NCBI RefSeq assembly: GCF_001194135.2
Contig: NC_068984.1
Location: 86,004,398-86,041,187, forward strand
DNA from: Octopus bimaculoides
Taxonomy: Eukaryota
Direction: 5' to 3'
Length of the DNA: 36,790 bases
Under the pieces are notes generated by a model that was not told where the DNA came from, ran no database searches, and saw only the letters and a program-made list of their open reading frames with translations. The translations under genes were made by a program, and so were the position numbers. Shown here one piece after another: positions 1-10,160 of the stretch (the first letter of the stretch is position 1; each line of letters begins with the position of its first letter).

Positions 1-773
1 AAAGAGGCAGTGGTACACGAAGTGAGAAAGGAGGAAGAAGAAAGGCGGAATGTACATTTGGTGCAATGTAGTCAACAGGGGCAGTGCCTGAGATGGGAGG
101 AAAACGTGGTCAGTCGCAGAATCTCATGGAAGGAAATTTGGGCTTGGGAACAAGCAAGAACAGCCTTCCTGGTCAAGTCTACCTTCAACGTTCTACCCTC
201 ACCGGCGAACTTAGTCCGATGGAACATAAAAACAACCGATGATTGTGGATGCGGAGAGAAAACAACGGTGAGACACGTTCTGTCAAGCTGCAGACTAGCA
301 CTAGGAAGGTATACATGGCGCCATAATCAAGCCCTCGGCATCATAAGCGCAGCACTCAAGGAGAAGATTGAGGGATACAATAGGGGAGAGTACCCCAAAG
401 TGGAAAAACGCAGGAAAATATACTTCCAGAAGGAGGGAAAAGGACATAAGATCAGGCCTCCAAATAAAATATACGAGATAGACGAGAGATGGATGGGATA
501 CTGGGAGCTAGCCACGGATTTGGGAAGTCTAGCAATTTTTCCACTTATAAAAACAACAAAAAGACCAGACTTAGTCATATGGAACACAGAACGGAGAATA
601 GGAATCTTGCTAGAACTGACAGTACCATGGGAAGAAAACATCAACAATGCAGAGAAACGAAAGGAGAAGAGATACGAGAAACTAATCGAAGAGTGCAGAG
701 AACAGGGATGGACTGTCGAGTACTACCATCTGGCAGTGGGGGCTATTCAAGAGAAGATTTGCATTTTCAAGCT
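1..773 (+). mobile_element. C-terminal part of the ORF of an R2-superfamily (HERO-like) non-LTR retrotransposon: CCHC zinc knuckle plus restriction-like endonuclease
   Basis: Frame +1 is open from the window start to the N gap. It contains QQGQCLRWE, FLVKSTFNVLPSPANLVRW, the CCHC knuckle CGCGEKTTVRHVLSSC, RYTWRHNQ, the PD-(D/E)xK nuclease core RPDLVIW..ELTVPWE and KEKRY..L..ECREQGW. This motif order is characteristic of HERO-type RLE elements. Confidence 0.85.
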
Positions 774-1699
774 NNNNNNNNNNNNNNNNNNNNNNNNNNN
801 NNNNNNNNNNNNNNNNNNNNNNNNNNNNNNNNNNNNNNNNNNNNNNNNNNNNNNNNNNNNNNNNNNNNNNNNNNNNNNNNNNNNNNNNNNNNNNNNNNNN
901 NNNNNNNNNNNNNNNNNNNNNNNNNNNNNNNNNNNNNNNNNNNNNNNNNNNNNNNNNNNNNNNNNNNNNNNNNNNNNNNNNNNNNNNNNNNNNNNNNNNN
1001 NNNNNNNNNNNNNNNNNNNNNNNNNNNNNNNNNNNNNNNNNNNNNNNNNNNNNNNNNNNNNNNNNNNNNNNNNNNNNNNNNNNNNNNNNNNNNNNNNNNN
1101 NNNNNNNNNNNNNNNNNNNNNNNNNNNNNNNNNNNNNNNNNNNNNNNNNNNNNNNNNNNNNNNNNNNNNNNNNNNNNNNNNNNNNNNNNNNNNNNNNNNN
1201 NNNNNNNNNNNNNNNNNNNNNNNNNNNNNNNNNNNNNNNNNNNNNNNNNNNNNNNNNNNNNNNNNNNNNNNNNNNNNNNNNNNNNNNNNNNNNNNNNNNN
1301 NNNNNNNNNNNNNNNNNNNNNNNNNNNNNNNNNNNNNNNNTTAGACAGTGTCACGTGACAACTTGCTGGGGCAGCCTGCTGGAGCCTAGCAGCAGGTATA
1401 AAAAGGGGAATTTGACATGACAATCAGTCGGACGCTGACATTCGTTGATGCTGCATCAAAGAGGCCAGGGAATAGAAGAAAGAAGACATGCACCCAACAC
1501 CAGAGCTGAAGACACCTCCGAAAGGGGGGGGGGCCGCCACGTCAAAACGGTAGAGGAGTAGGGGCCGAAACCGGACGTGGTTCCTCCTGATGATGTCTTG
1601 AGCTAACTGGATCTTATAAAGGAGATGTTGTGGTAGCAGACCACGAAACATGGTTGAAATTCCTCCCTATGGCAACATATGGTTTTTCAGAATATTAGA

Positions 1700-2192
1700 A
1701 ATGAATGATATAGCTTGACGGGTGACACACTGTGCTTGAGAGGACCTGTTGAGTCAAGTGAAATCATAGTTGTGGCCAATGCCAGTGCCATCTAACTAGC
1801 ACCTGTGTTGGTGGCATGTAATAAGTACCATGCAAGTATGGGCCGATGCCAGTGCCGCTTGACTGGTTCCCCGTACTGGAGGCATGTAAAAAACACCTTC
1901 CAAACATGGTTGATGCCAGTACCCACTAACTGGCTCCTGTCCCGGTGTTACATAAAAAGCACCATCCAAACGTGGTCAATGCCAGTGCTGCCTGACTGAC
2001 TCCCCTGCTGGTGGCACGTAAATAGCACCCACTACACTCTCGGAGTGGTTGGCATTAGGAAGGGCATCCAGCTGCAGAAACCTTAACAGATCAGATTGGA
2101 GCCTGCTGCAGCCTACTGGCTTGCCAGTGCCCAGTCAAGCTATCCAACCCATGCCAGCAAGAAAAACGGATGTTAAAAGATGATGAGGATGA
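1700..2192 (+). mobile_element. 5'-truncated RTE LINE 3' UTR with four 66-67 bp internal tandem units
   Basis: Ends in GTGGTTGGCATTAGGAAGGGCATCCAGC...CCAACCCATGCCAGCAAGAAAAACGGATGTTAAAA-(GAT)n, matching the tail joined to the RTE ORF2 at 25995-26670. ATGCCAGT recurs at 1779, 1846, 1913 and 1979. Confidence 0.8.
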
Positions 2193-2254
2193 TATACACA
2201 CATTTATGTCTATATCTATCTATCTATTTGTGTGTGTGTGTGTGTGTGTGCATA

Positions 2255-2410
2255 CAACAAATTTCTTTTCATTCCTGTCAACAAAAATTTGCTCACAAGG
2301 CTTTGGTCAGCCTGGGGTTGTAGTAGTAGACGCTTGCCCAAGATGCCATGCTGTGAAACTAAACATGAGACCATATAGTTTGTAAGTAAACTTCTCAATC
2401 TACACAGTTA
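2255..2410 (-). mobile_element. Decayed head fragment of tRNA-derived SINE (family of 23625-24009)
   Basis: CTCACAAGGCTTTGGTCAGCCTGGGG..TAGTAG..GCTTGCCCAAGATGCCA aligns to 23886-23945. Confidence 0.6.
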
Positions 2411-2703
2411 TGCTATTAGAGAAAGAAACTGAAATTTAAAAAATCACTTCAAAACTATTTTAACTCTTCTGTTACTAAATAGAATTATTTCAATGTTATA
2501 TCAAGATAAAAATGGATACAGAACCTTTTTGATATCAACAGTACTGTTTTCTGATGGAGCCATTGAGGAAGATCAAACATGGGCTTTGTTGTGTAACTAA
2601 AAAGATAAAAATATATTGGTTAGATTTGTATTAAATAGCATTTCATTACATAGAAATATAGTACATAGAATTATTTTACAAAAAAGGCGTATTGTATTAC
2701 ATA

Positions 2704-2731
2704 CTAGCAGAGATACCCAGCCTTGCTCGGG
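2704..2731 (-). mobile_element. Helitron-like 3' terminus (GC hairpin plus CTAG|T)
   Basis: Minus strand reads CCCGAGCAAGGCTGGG (hairpin, 2731-2716), TATCTCTG, CTAG, T. Confidence 0.55.
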
Positions 2732-2744
2732 ATTAAAATGGCAT

Positions 2745-2993
2745 AGTTTTTTTTATTGTTTTACTTGTTTCAATCATGTGACTGCAGCCATGCTGGAGCA
2801 CTGCCGTTGATCAAACAAATTGACCACAGGATCTTTTCTTTGTAAGCCCAGTACTTTAAGGGAACATAAACACAGCAACATCGGTTGTCAAGGAATGGTG
2901 GGGGTACAAACATGGACACACACATATATACAACAGACTTCTTTCAGTTTCCATGTATGAAATCTACTCACAAGGCTTTGGTTGGCCTGAGAC

Positions 2994-2998
<5 letters not shown>
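2745..2998 (-). mobile_element. tRNA-derived SINE fragment (family of 23625-24009)
   Basis: TTACTTGTTTCAATCATGTGACTGCAGCCATGCTGGAGCACTGCC...CATCGGTTGTCAAG...CACAAGGCTTTGGTTGGCCTGAGACTATA aligns to 23640-23915. Confidence 0.75.
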
Positions 2999-3025
<27 letters not shown>

Positions 3026-3026
3026 A

Positions 3027-3054
3027 CTGGCAATACATCCCGGCGTTGCCAGGG
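3027..3054 (-). mobile_element. Second Helitron-like 3' terminus
   Basis: Minus strand reads CCCTGGCAACGCCGGG (hairpin, 3054-3039), ATGTATTG, CCAG, T. Same layout and similar sequence to 2704-2731; CCAG is a one-base variant of CTAG. Confidence 0.5.
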
Positions 3055-4285
3055 TGTTATGATCTACAAGCACATTGTATTATTTGCTCCTTTCTTATGG
3101 GCAGAATCAGCACAGCTGATATATAGTTAATGGAATAATGGAAGTTATTTTTTGTTTAATAGTGAAGGGTGAGGGTACAATTTGCATGGGTTTGCATGAA
3201 AGTGCTTTCTGTTCTTAAGAAGGATCAGAAACTAAATATTATTTCATTGTANNNNNNNNNNNNNNNNNNNNNNNNNNNNNNNNNNNNNNNNNNNNNNNNN
3301 NNNNNNNNNNNNNNNNNNNNNNNNNNNNNNNNNNNNNNNNNNNNNNNNNNNNNNNNNNNNNNNNNNNNNNNNNNNNNNNNNNNNNNNNNNNNNNNNNNNN
3401 NNNNNNNNNNNNNNNNNNNNNNNNNNNNNNNNNNNNNNNNNNNNNNNNNNNNNNNNNNNNNNNNNNNNNNNNNNNNNNNNNNNNNNNNNNNNNNNNNNNN
3501 NNNNNNNNNNNNNNNNNNNNNNNNNNNNNNNNNNNNNNNNNNNNNNNNNNNNNNNNNNNNNNNNNNNNNNNNNNNNNNNNNNNNNNNNNNNNNNNNNNNN
3601 NNNNNNNNNNNNNNNNNNNNNNNNNNNNNNNNNNNNNNNNNNNNNNNNNNNNNNNNNNNNNNNNNNNNNNNNNNNNNNNNNNNNNNNNNNNNNNNNNNNN
3701 NNNNNNNNNNNNNNNNNNNNNNNNNNNNNNNNNNNNNNNNNNNNNNNNNNNNNNNNNNNNNNNNNNNNNNNNNNNNNNNNNNNNAAAATTAAAATATTGA
3801 GAACATGTTTTGTGGGTGAAATCATAATCTTCTGTATCGCAAACATTGGAATCAGAAGAAATTTAGGAAAAAAATGAGGGGCGGGGCGGGCGGAAATGTC
3901 ACCTTGGACATGCTAGAAAGAAGAGGTTAAGGAAGGATTTCTGGGAAAACTTCTTTTAAGTTTATATCGAAGACCGGGTTCTTAAATATGTTCATCACAA
4001 ACACAAAGTACACAATAGATCATTTCAATTGGATTTGAGCTGTAAATTTGCACGTGCACACTGCAAGAATTAACATAATTCACACAGAAGTTTTACTTAG
4101 AGTGTGTGTTTGTCAAAGAAAGTTATTTTATGGCATTCTTTCATTTGAAGAAGCAAAGTTGTCTACTCGACATATATGGGATCATATGATTGTTTGTTAA
4201 TTTCCATAAAATTGTTTTAATCTCTGTATGCTTTGAAGAGAGCAGAAATTGAAAGAGAGGATAAAGTACAAGGAGAAAATATAAG

Positions 4286-4449
4286 ATGTACATGTATATG
4301 AAATGGACATGTGTGTCTGTGAGAGAGAGAGAGTGATTGAGTGAAGGTGTGTGTTGTGATGTATAAATGTTTTTGCATGTATGTGCAAGTGGCACTCACT
4401 TGCTCTCTTTCTCTCATGCACACACATTATCTTTCATATACATGTACAT
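4286..4449. repeat. Fold-back / MITE-like inverted repeat
   Basis: Perfect 18-bp inverted repeat ATGTACATGTATATGAAA (4286-4303) / TTTCATATACATGTACAT (4432-4449). Imperfect pairing continues inward through (TG)n(GA)n versus (TC)n(CA)n tracts. Confidence 0.6.
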
Positions 4450-5130
4450 AAATAGGTGGAAGTAAAGAATACGCACACAACCTGTTTTCGGTGTAACCCT
4501 AAACACCGGGAGTGCATATTCTTGACCTTCGCCCATAAATACATCTTTTTTCTGCATGAGCGAGAGACAGAGAGAGGGAGGCTGTATTTCCTCATGACAT
4601 ATAGAAAAATGGATGTCTTTTAATGCAATTTTTTTGGTTGTGGCTTATTTTAATACAATATTTATGTGTACATTTTCATAAATGTTTGTCTGAGTAGAAT
4701 TCTATGCATGTGTGAAACATTGGATGAAAGCGATACATTAGAAGCAAATTAAAATATTATCCGAAAATGACCTCAAAATTGTGCGACCCAACCTAGTTGT
4801 CGAGGTTATTTTAGTTGTAAAAAAGAGTTGTTGAATCAAAAACATAGTTTATTTGGTAGATAGATAATAAGCAGCTTTCTTTATTATAATACACAGGCAA
4901 ATAATTCGGAGAAACATTACTTTGATTGTTCACACATTGTCACTCTCGTAATGCAACACTTTGTAATTTTGGTTCAAATTGAAAGTGTGAAACTATTTCT
5001 ATTTTCTAATGAAACCAGGTCGTTGTAGAGAAGTGTATGTGAAATAACTATAGCTGGTTATTGAAATAACATAGAAAATATGTAAATGAAAGTAAAGTTT
5101 ATTTGACATGTGTAATTGATTTGTTCTGGA

Positions 5131-5346
5131 AGGTGGTGATCTGGCAGAATTGTTAGCATGCTGGGCAAAATACTTGAGCGGTATTTTACCTGTCTTTACG
5201 TTCCGAGTTCAAATGCCGCTGGGGTCAACTTTGCCTTTCATCCTTTCGGGGTCGATAATTTAAGTACCAGTGAGACACTGGGTTCAATGTAATCAATTGG
5301 TCCCCTCCCCTGAAATTTCAGGCCTTGTGCCTATAGTAGAAAGGAT
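5131..5346 (+). mobile_element. tRNA-derived SINE (octopus OR/OK-like family) inserted at the downstream end of a Helitron remnant
   Basis: A-box-like TGGCAGAATTGTTAG, B-box-like GAGTTCAAATGCC, body GGGGTCGATAATTTAAGTACCAG and tail CCTATAGTAGAAAGGAT. Flanked by a near-duplicate TTGA(T)TTGTTCTGG (~5116-5129 and ~5347-5359), consistent with a TSD. Confidence 0.85.
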
Positions 5347-5640
5347 TTGATTGTTCTGGTCTTAATGTCAGTTGGTAAGAATAGAAGTCATTTGACGACA
5401 CCCTTTTGTTTCTAATTGGCTATCCTGTTGCAGGTTCAATCCATGGAATATTGAAACAACACCCATCTTGTCCATTCCACAGAATAAGAGTATAATGGAG
5501 AGCATCATAAGAGGAATGAGTCTGTGAAACACGTTTAAGTTTGTTATCTCGAACACGAATGAGAATATCATCATTTTCAATGGGATCACCAACCATAAGG
5601 ATGGCTACTTCCTTAGATGTGGGCTTATTAAAACAGCGTA
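5347..5640 (-). mobile_element. Helitron RepHel fragment (Helitron_like_N region), pseudogenised
   Basis: A minus frame not shown in the ORF track translates RCFNKPTSKEVAILMVGDPIENDDILIRVRDNKLKRVSQTHSSYDALHYTLILWNGQDGCCFNIPWIEPATG*PIRNKRVSSNDFYSYQLTLR. This matches the Helitron pattern FN.PT..EVA....GD.....DI.......L.R.S.TH.SYD.L.YPL....G.DG...KVS...YY.Y.L..R. Confidence 0.85.
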
Positions 5641-6523
5641 AAATGTTCTTTACTATAGTTTACTATAGACGTAACGAACGCAGAAACACGCACACTCAGA
5701 GAATTGATAATATAGAAAACAGCAAAATGTACACACACGAAGTCCAAGCGAAACGAAATGTAGTCAATATAGATGCAAAACATACTTTCAGTAGCATAGT
5801 TATGCTATAAAAAAAATGGAAAGTCACCAATTTAGCAAAAGTTAGTATGCGTCACCAATGTAAGAAAGTACAGAAAGTCAACATCTATTTGAAACATGTA
5901 CTAAATGTTATAAAATTCACAATTGAATGAATGTAACAGTGAAGAAAGTGAAAGTCCAAGAAAATTCAGAAGATATAATTTAATTTTTCATACAAAAATA
6001 ATTCATTTTACAATTTTGAAATGAACATTGAAGCAGTGTATAAAAAGAAAGATGCTGTTGTGAACGTTAATTTAAAATATTTGCTGAAGGATGTATGTAG
6101 CAAGATATAAATTAACTATATATTTTTGAACTGTGTAATGTTCTAGGCTGTAGAATAAATACTGAGTAACACAGTAAAACGAGATTTGAATGAATAAGTT
6201 CAATTGCTGTGAGAAGAATAAGATTCCACATTTGTGGCCTTACTCTTTGTTTGTTGCTGTTAAACCTCAGGTTAGCAATAATTAAGTAGATTTGAGGTCA
6301 AAGGTATTCCAACCACATAGACACTGTAAAGGACCTTTCAACTTTGAACATTACTTTTTTTTCATGTTCATTCTTACTCTTTTGTTCGTGTTTATTCTTG
6401 CTTTCTGTATTCAGTTTCCTAATAAGGGTGTTGTGGAATCAGTGAGAAGCAATTATTGAGTCACTGTGGTTGGAGTTAGAATCAGTAAAAATAATACAGA
6501 CTGACCAAATGTAAACTGTAATA

Positions 6524-6738
6524 CGAGGGGGTGGGATGCTGAAAAATTCCTGGTTTTGGGTAAAAGAAAAATACAGGAGGATCAGTTAATTATGATTTTA
6601 TTCAACATATTCCTGTCTCAGATTCACACACTTACTGCAGCAATCTTTCTAAACCCTGTAAAAGAACTTGGAAGGTTGGGCCTTCAACCAAGCCTTTTGT
6701 GATACTCTTAATGCCAGGAACTTTTCAGCACCCCCTCA
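6524..6738. mobile_element. Tc1/Mariner-type MITE
   Basis: TA|CGAGGGGGTG(GGATG)CTGAAAAATTCCTGG ... CCAGGAACTTTTCAGCACCCCCTCA|TA, with TA dinucleotides at 6522-6523 and 6739-6740. Confidence 0.85.
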
Positions 6739-8369
6739 TAGATATTAAAATTTGAAATTTCATATGTAACTAATTCAATTATTGAATATTAATACTATGG
6801 AGCATACATGGGCAAAATGGAACATTTAAAAGTAAAGAGATGCCATTTAAACAGAAAACAAACACTAGGCGTTCAAGTAAAGAAAATTATGACCACTAGC
6901 TAAAACTGACCAAAGAATAAGTCATTCTTGCTTATCCAGAGATTAATCCAGTGATGTAGCTAAAATTGTAACAGCAATACCACCACCTACCTAAGTCAAA
7001 TATTGAAAAGCTTTCCTGCACTGAAAATAGTCAAATTAGACTTAAGGACTTCTAGGGAAGAGGATTTCATAATAGCATTTCTGTTTCTAAGAACAAAACA
7101 TTTGAAAACTTTGGATTTGAATTTTTGCTGTAAATAATTTTTCAAAGATAAACTTTACCATCTTTTACAATATGTGAGGCTGTCAATTTGTTACAGACAA
7201 AGAAGTGTAGAAAGTAGTGAATAAACAACCACCCACAAACCTTCGTGGACAACTAGGAATGCATAAAAAAAACAAGGAAATTACATAAAAAAAAAGAAAT
7301 GATGTAATTGTTCAACCTCTGTTTTTGTTTTAATGCTTATAATTTTTAACTTATTCTCACAATTTTTATTTCTTTTAATATAATCTTTCAAGTTACCTTT
7401 ACTTCAGGTATATAATCAAACAATGCTTTCAACTTAAAAAAGGAAGGGTTTTATATCTAATTTGAGTTTATTTCTTTACAAACAATACACAATGCTTCAA
7501 GCAAACTACAATACTCTTTTATTTCTTTCAAAATGGTCATTTTAGTTTTATATTCTTTGCTAAAAGATTTTTGAACTGATAGAGGAAGAGGTTGCTGATT
7601 TTCTTTTATTTTTCAAAAAATCATTTTGATAAAATCAGCCTCCTTTTTAATTTTCTGTCTTGTCATATACTTAATCACTTGTAACCTCTTTAATTAGTAT
7701 GGAAAAAAGCTACAATGGCATAACAATAACATTTAAACCCAAACTTTTACAAATTAAGGTGATAAAAAGTAGCCGTTTATGTTGAGTGCTTTGGATCAAT
7801 ACAAAAATATATGATTAGTCTAATTAGATAGAGGAATCAAAGTTAGTCATGACCTAAATTATTAAGTTGGATTCAAATTCAAAGTTTTTATGAACCAACT
7901 CCACAGCCAGCTCTGGTTTTCAATTAGATCTCATGAGAACTACGACATGCATGAATCAAAGGCATGTAAGAACATGCCACTGATTTCAATTCCCATTTCA
8001 TCTTCCTCACACTGTAGTTTTTGAAATATTTCTTATAAGCAGACTGTGAATAGTCTACAGTAAATAAATGACCCAGTTTTAGGTTCCTTTATGAGTAGGA
8101 GTTTATTTGAATCTTTGCATCGTTTGATGAAAGATGTAGCACAGTGGATGTATTTGAAGACATAGCAAGCAGACTAAGAGAACTACTCAATTCACTCATT
8201 TGAGCACAGCTAGGAAAATCGTGGAAAGATCATAAAACAAAATATTGGAAAGCAATTGAATATTTTAATTCTTCATAAGAATCATCATTGAAAATGAACA
8301 CTATTTTTAAAAGTGGATAGTGAGAAAATGATCGGAAAAAAGTAGGCTAATAAAGAGGCAATTATTGTG

Positions 8370-9196
8370 CCAGGAGACTGGTGTTCCCTTCCAAAAATGT
8401 TTGAGACAACCCAAAACATTCATTGCATTAACATGGGTGATTGCAAGGCTGAAGCATGGAAACAGCCACGCATCTTGATGCAGGGCCTGTAAGAGGTAAG
8501 AGTCAGTTGGTACATCAGTCCAGGGCTTAGAGTGTCAAGGAAGTACCCATGACTGTCCACCAGCCCCTCCACAAATCCATGCCAAATTCTCCACACTCTA
8601 TTTCAGTTTGGAGAGGATCTCACTTCTGAACTCTGAAAAGCAGCCTTGTTCAACATTGCCAAATTTCTCTCAGAGTCCCTGCCTTTAGGAAACTCACCCA
8701 GTGAAATGAGTTACTAATGATATTAAGGTCACCTGTCCACTCCCTGGAACATCTCTAATGCCACAGTTTGGATGACCTAATTTACCTAAGACTGGCGTTT
8801 CAGTGTTTTATTTTATTGAGCTTTGGATGAAGTTAACCTCCACCTCTGCCACAACTTTAAGGAAATTCAATGGAACAAAGAGCCACTAATGGTGGTATCT
8901 CATATGAGACCTCTGCCTCTATTCCAAAGGCAAGGAGTGTGACAATCCCTACTATCTTCAGTACTGAGAGGATATTTACCCTGGTTAGGGTTTGTTTAAT
9001 GATTAGATTTAATTTGTGACAACCTAAGTGACCCATTTTCAGTTGATATGACAATCCATAAAGACCACATGGCCTCAAGGGGCTTGCCATACCAGCACCT
9101 CATTTCAACACAATGGTGAGCCCTGACTCTTAGAGTGATGTAGATGCTGAGATCATCCAGGCTAAGTAAACCATTGATGTTTTGCACAAGCAACAC
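8370..9196 (-). mobile_element. Decayed L1/Tx1-clade ORF2 APE endonuclease domain
   Basis: Across frameshifts, the motifs occur in correct order and spacing: QNINGL (~9175), GDLN (~8730), GMDLWR (~8575), an SDH-position NH (~8435), and FWK.NTSLL (~8385), the Tx1-type WKLNxSLL motif after the EN domain. Confidence 0.65.
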
Positions 9197-9499
9197 TTTA
9201 GATATTAATTAGACTAATCAGATGAGAATCAAAAATGTGTTTTGACTGTAAATTGTCCCCAATTCTCTTAGTCAATTTCCCCTGCTCTGAAACTACATAA
9301 TTTCCAGTTATAATTTTCTTCACATTCCTCTTGGAGCTAGCCCATATTGGAAAGGAAAGGAGGTTGCCCACTAAAGAGGTACAGGCAAGGGAGAAGTAGT
9401 GAGGAGCATTTACATAAACCCAGACCCCAAAATTGCTGGAGTAATGCTACTAAGAGATACTAAAAGGAGCTTAACATTGACCAAGCTTTTGAGTTTCCC

Positions 9500-10160
9500 A
9501 CATAAATTAGATTGTTAAAGAGTTGCAGGAATGGTGAGAATCTGATTAGCCCTCAAAATGTAAACTAATTTATGGACAGATAAATAATTGGTAAGAATAA
9601 AAAAGCTTTGGAGCTCATAGTTAGATGTAACTATGAGCTCCAAAGCTTTTTGAGTAAGTTTGAAGTCTGACATCCAAGCAATATTGGAAATTAAGTCTCC
9701 AAAGAGAAACTCACGCCAATTGGGGAGGGACTATGATGGGAATGATTGACTGTTATAAAATTTATCATCAAATTAAGCCAGTGAGAGCACAAATCTTAAA
9801 AAAAAAATGGGACAAACAACTGATATCAGCTGCAATTTTATCCCTTTGTGAGACCACCAGCATCAAAACATTGTCTTTATCAAAATGATTTTTAACTCAT
9901 GGCCTCAGAACCAAAACAGATTAGAAAATAAACAAAACTGAATGACATTATCAAGTTCATAAAAGTTGTTGAAATGCAGTTGAGCTGGATACATCTAGAA
10001 GATGAGTGACAACAGGTTGATGAAACATTTGATGGACTTGACTCCAAGACACCACAAGAGAAACAGGAGATACCAACAAACCAGTTGAAGGGATGAATAG
10101 GATAGATTTGAAAAAATGTAGAGATTGGGTACATAAAGCTGAAAGTTATGGAGAAGGTGG
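9500..10160 (+). mobile_element. Highly decayed RTE-like LINE C-terminal fragment
   Basis: Remnants CET (~9848), QLSW and MSDNRLMKHLMDLTPRHHKRNRR (~10000-10075) resemble the RTE C-terminus RLRW.GH..RM.DNR..K....WTP...KR.RGR. Confidence 0.45.
9600..9651. repeat. Perfect palindrome: 24-bp arms, 4-nt spacer
   Basis: AAAAAGCTTTGGAGCTCATAGTTA (9600-9623), GATG, TAACTATGAGCTCCAAAGCTTTTT (9628-9651); exact reverse complements. Confidence 0.95.

Noticed and set aside
489-1423. Long ORFs 489-1358 and 767-1423, the N-containing part of 10-1344, and ORFs at 3169-3846, 15440-16796 and 22630-23243
   Set aside because: Their length comes from translating N gaps as X.
1567-1660. Canonical hammerhead ribozyme (CTGATGA at 1587, GAAAC at 1567 and 1645)
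   Set aside because: In type I and type II arrangements stem I or the stem II closing pair does not form. Kept only as a generic structured-RNA candidate.
1770-2035. CRISPR-like repeat-spacer array suggested by regular ~66-bp spacing
   Set aside because: Whole units are homologous with no unique spacers, the context is eukaryotic LINE UTR, and there are no cas genes.
2530-2600. Peptide GAIEEDQTWALLC resembling Helitron GLLEDD.EW, or a micro-exon
   Set aside because: Too short, no supporting flanking motifs, and the donor site is weak.
7950-8340. Possible plus-strand RTE endonuclease remnant (MNTIFK..RK*)
   Set aside because: Only one weak motif across frameshifts; cannot be supported without alignment.
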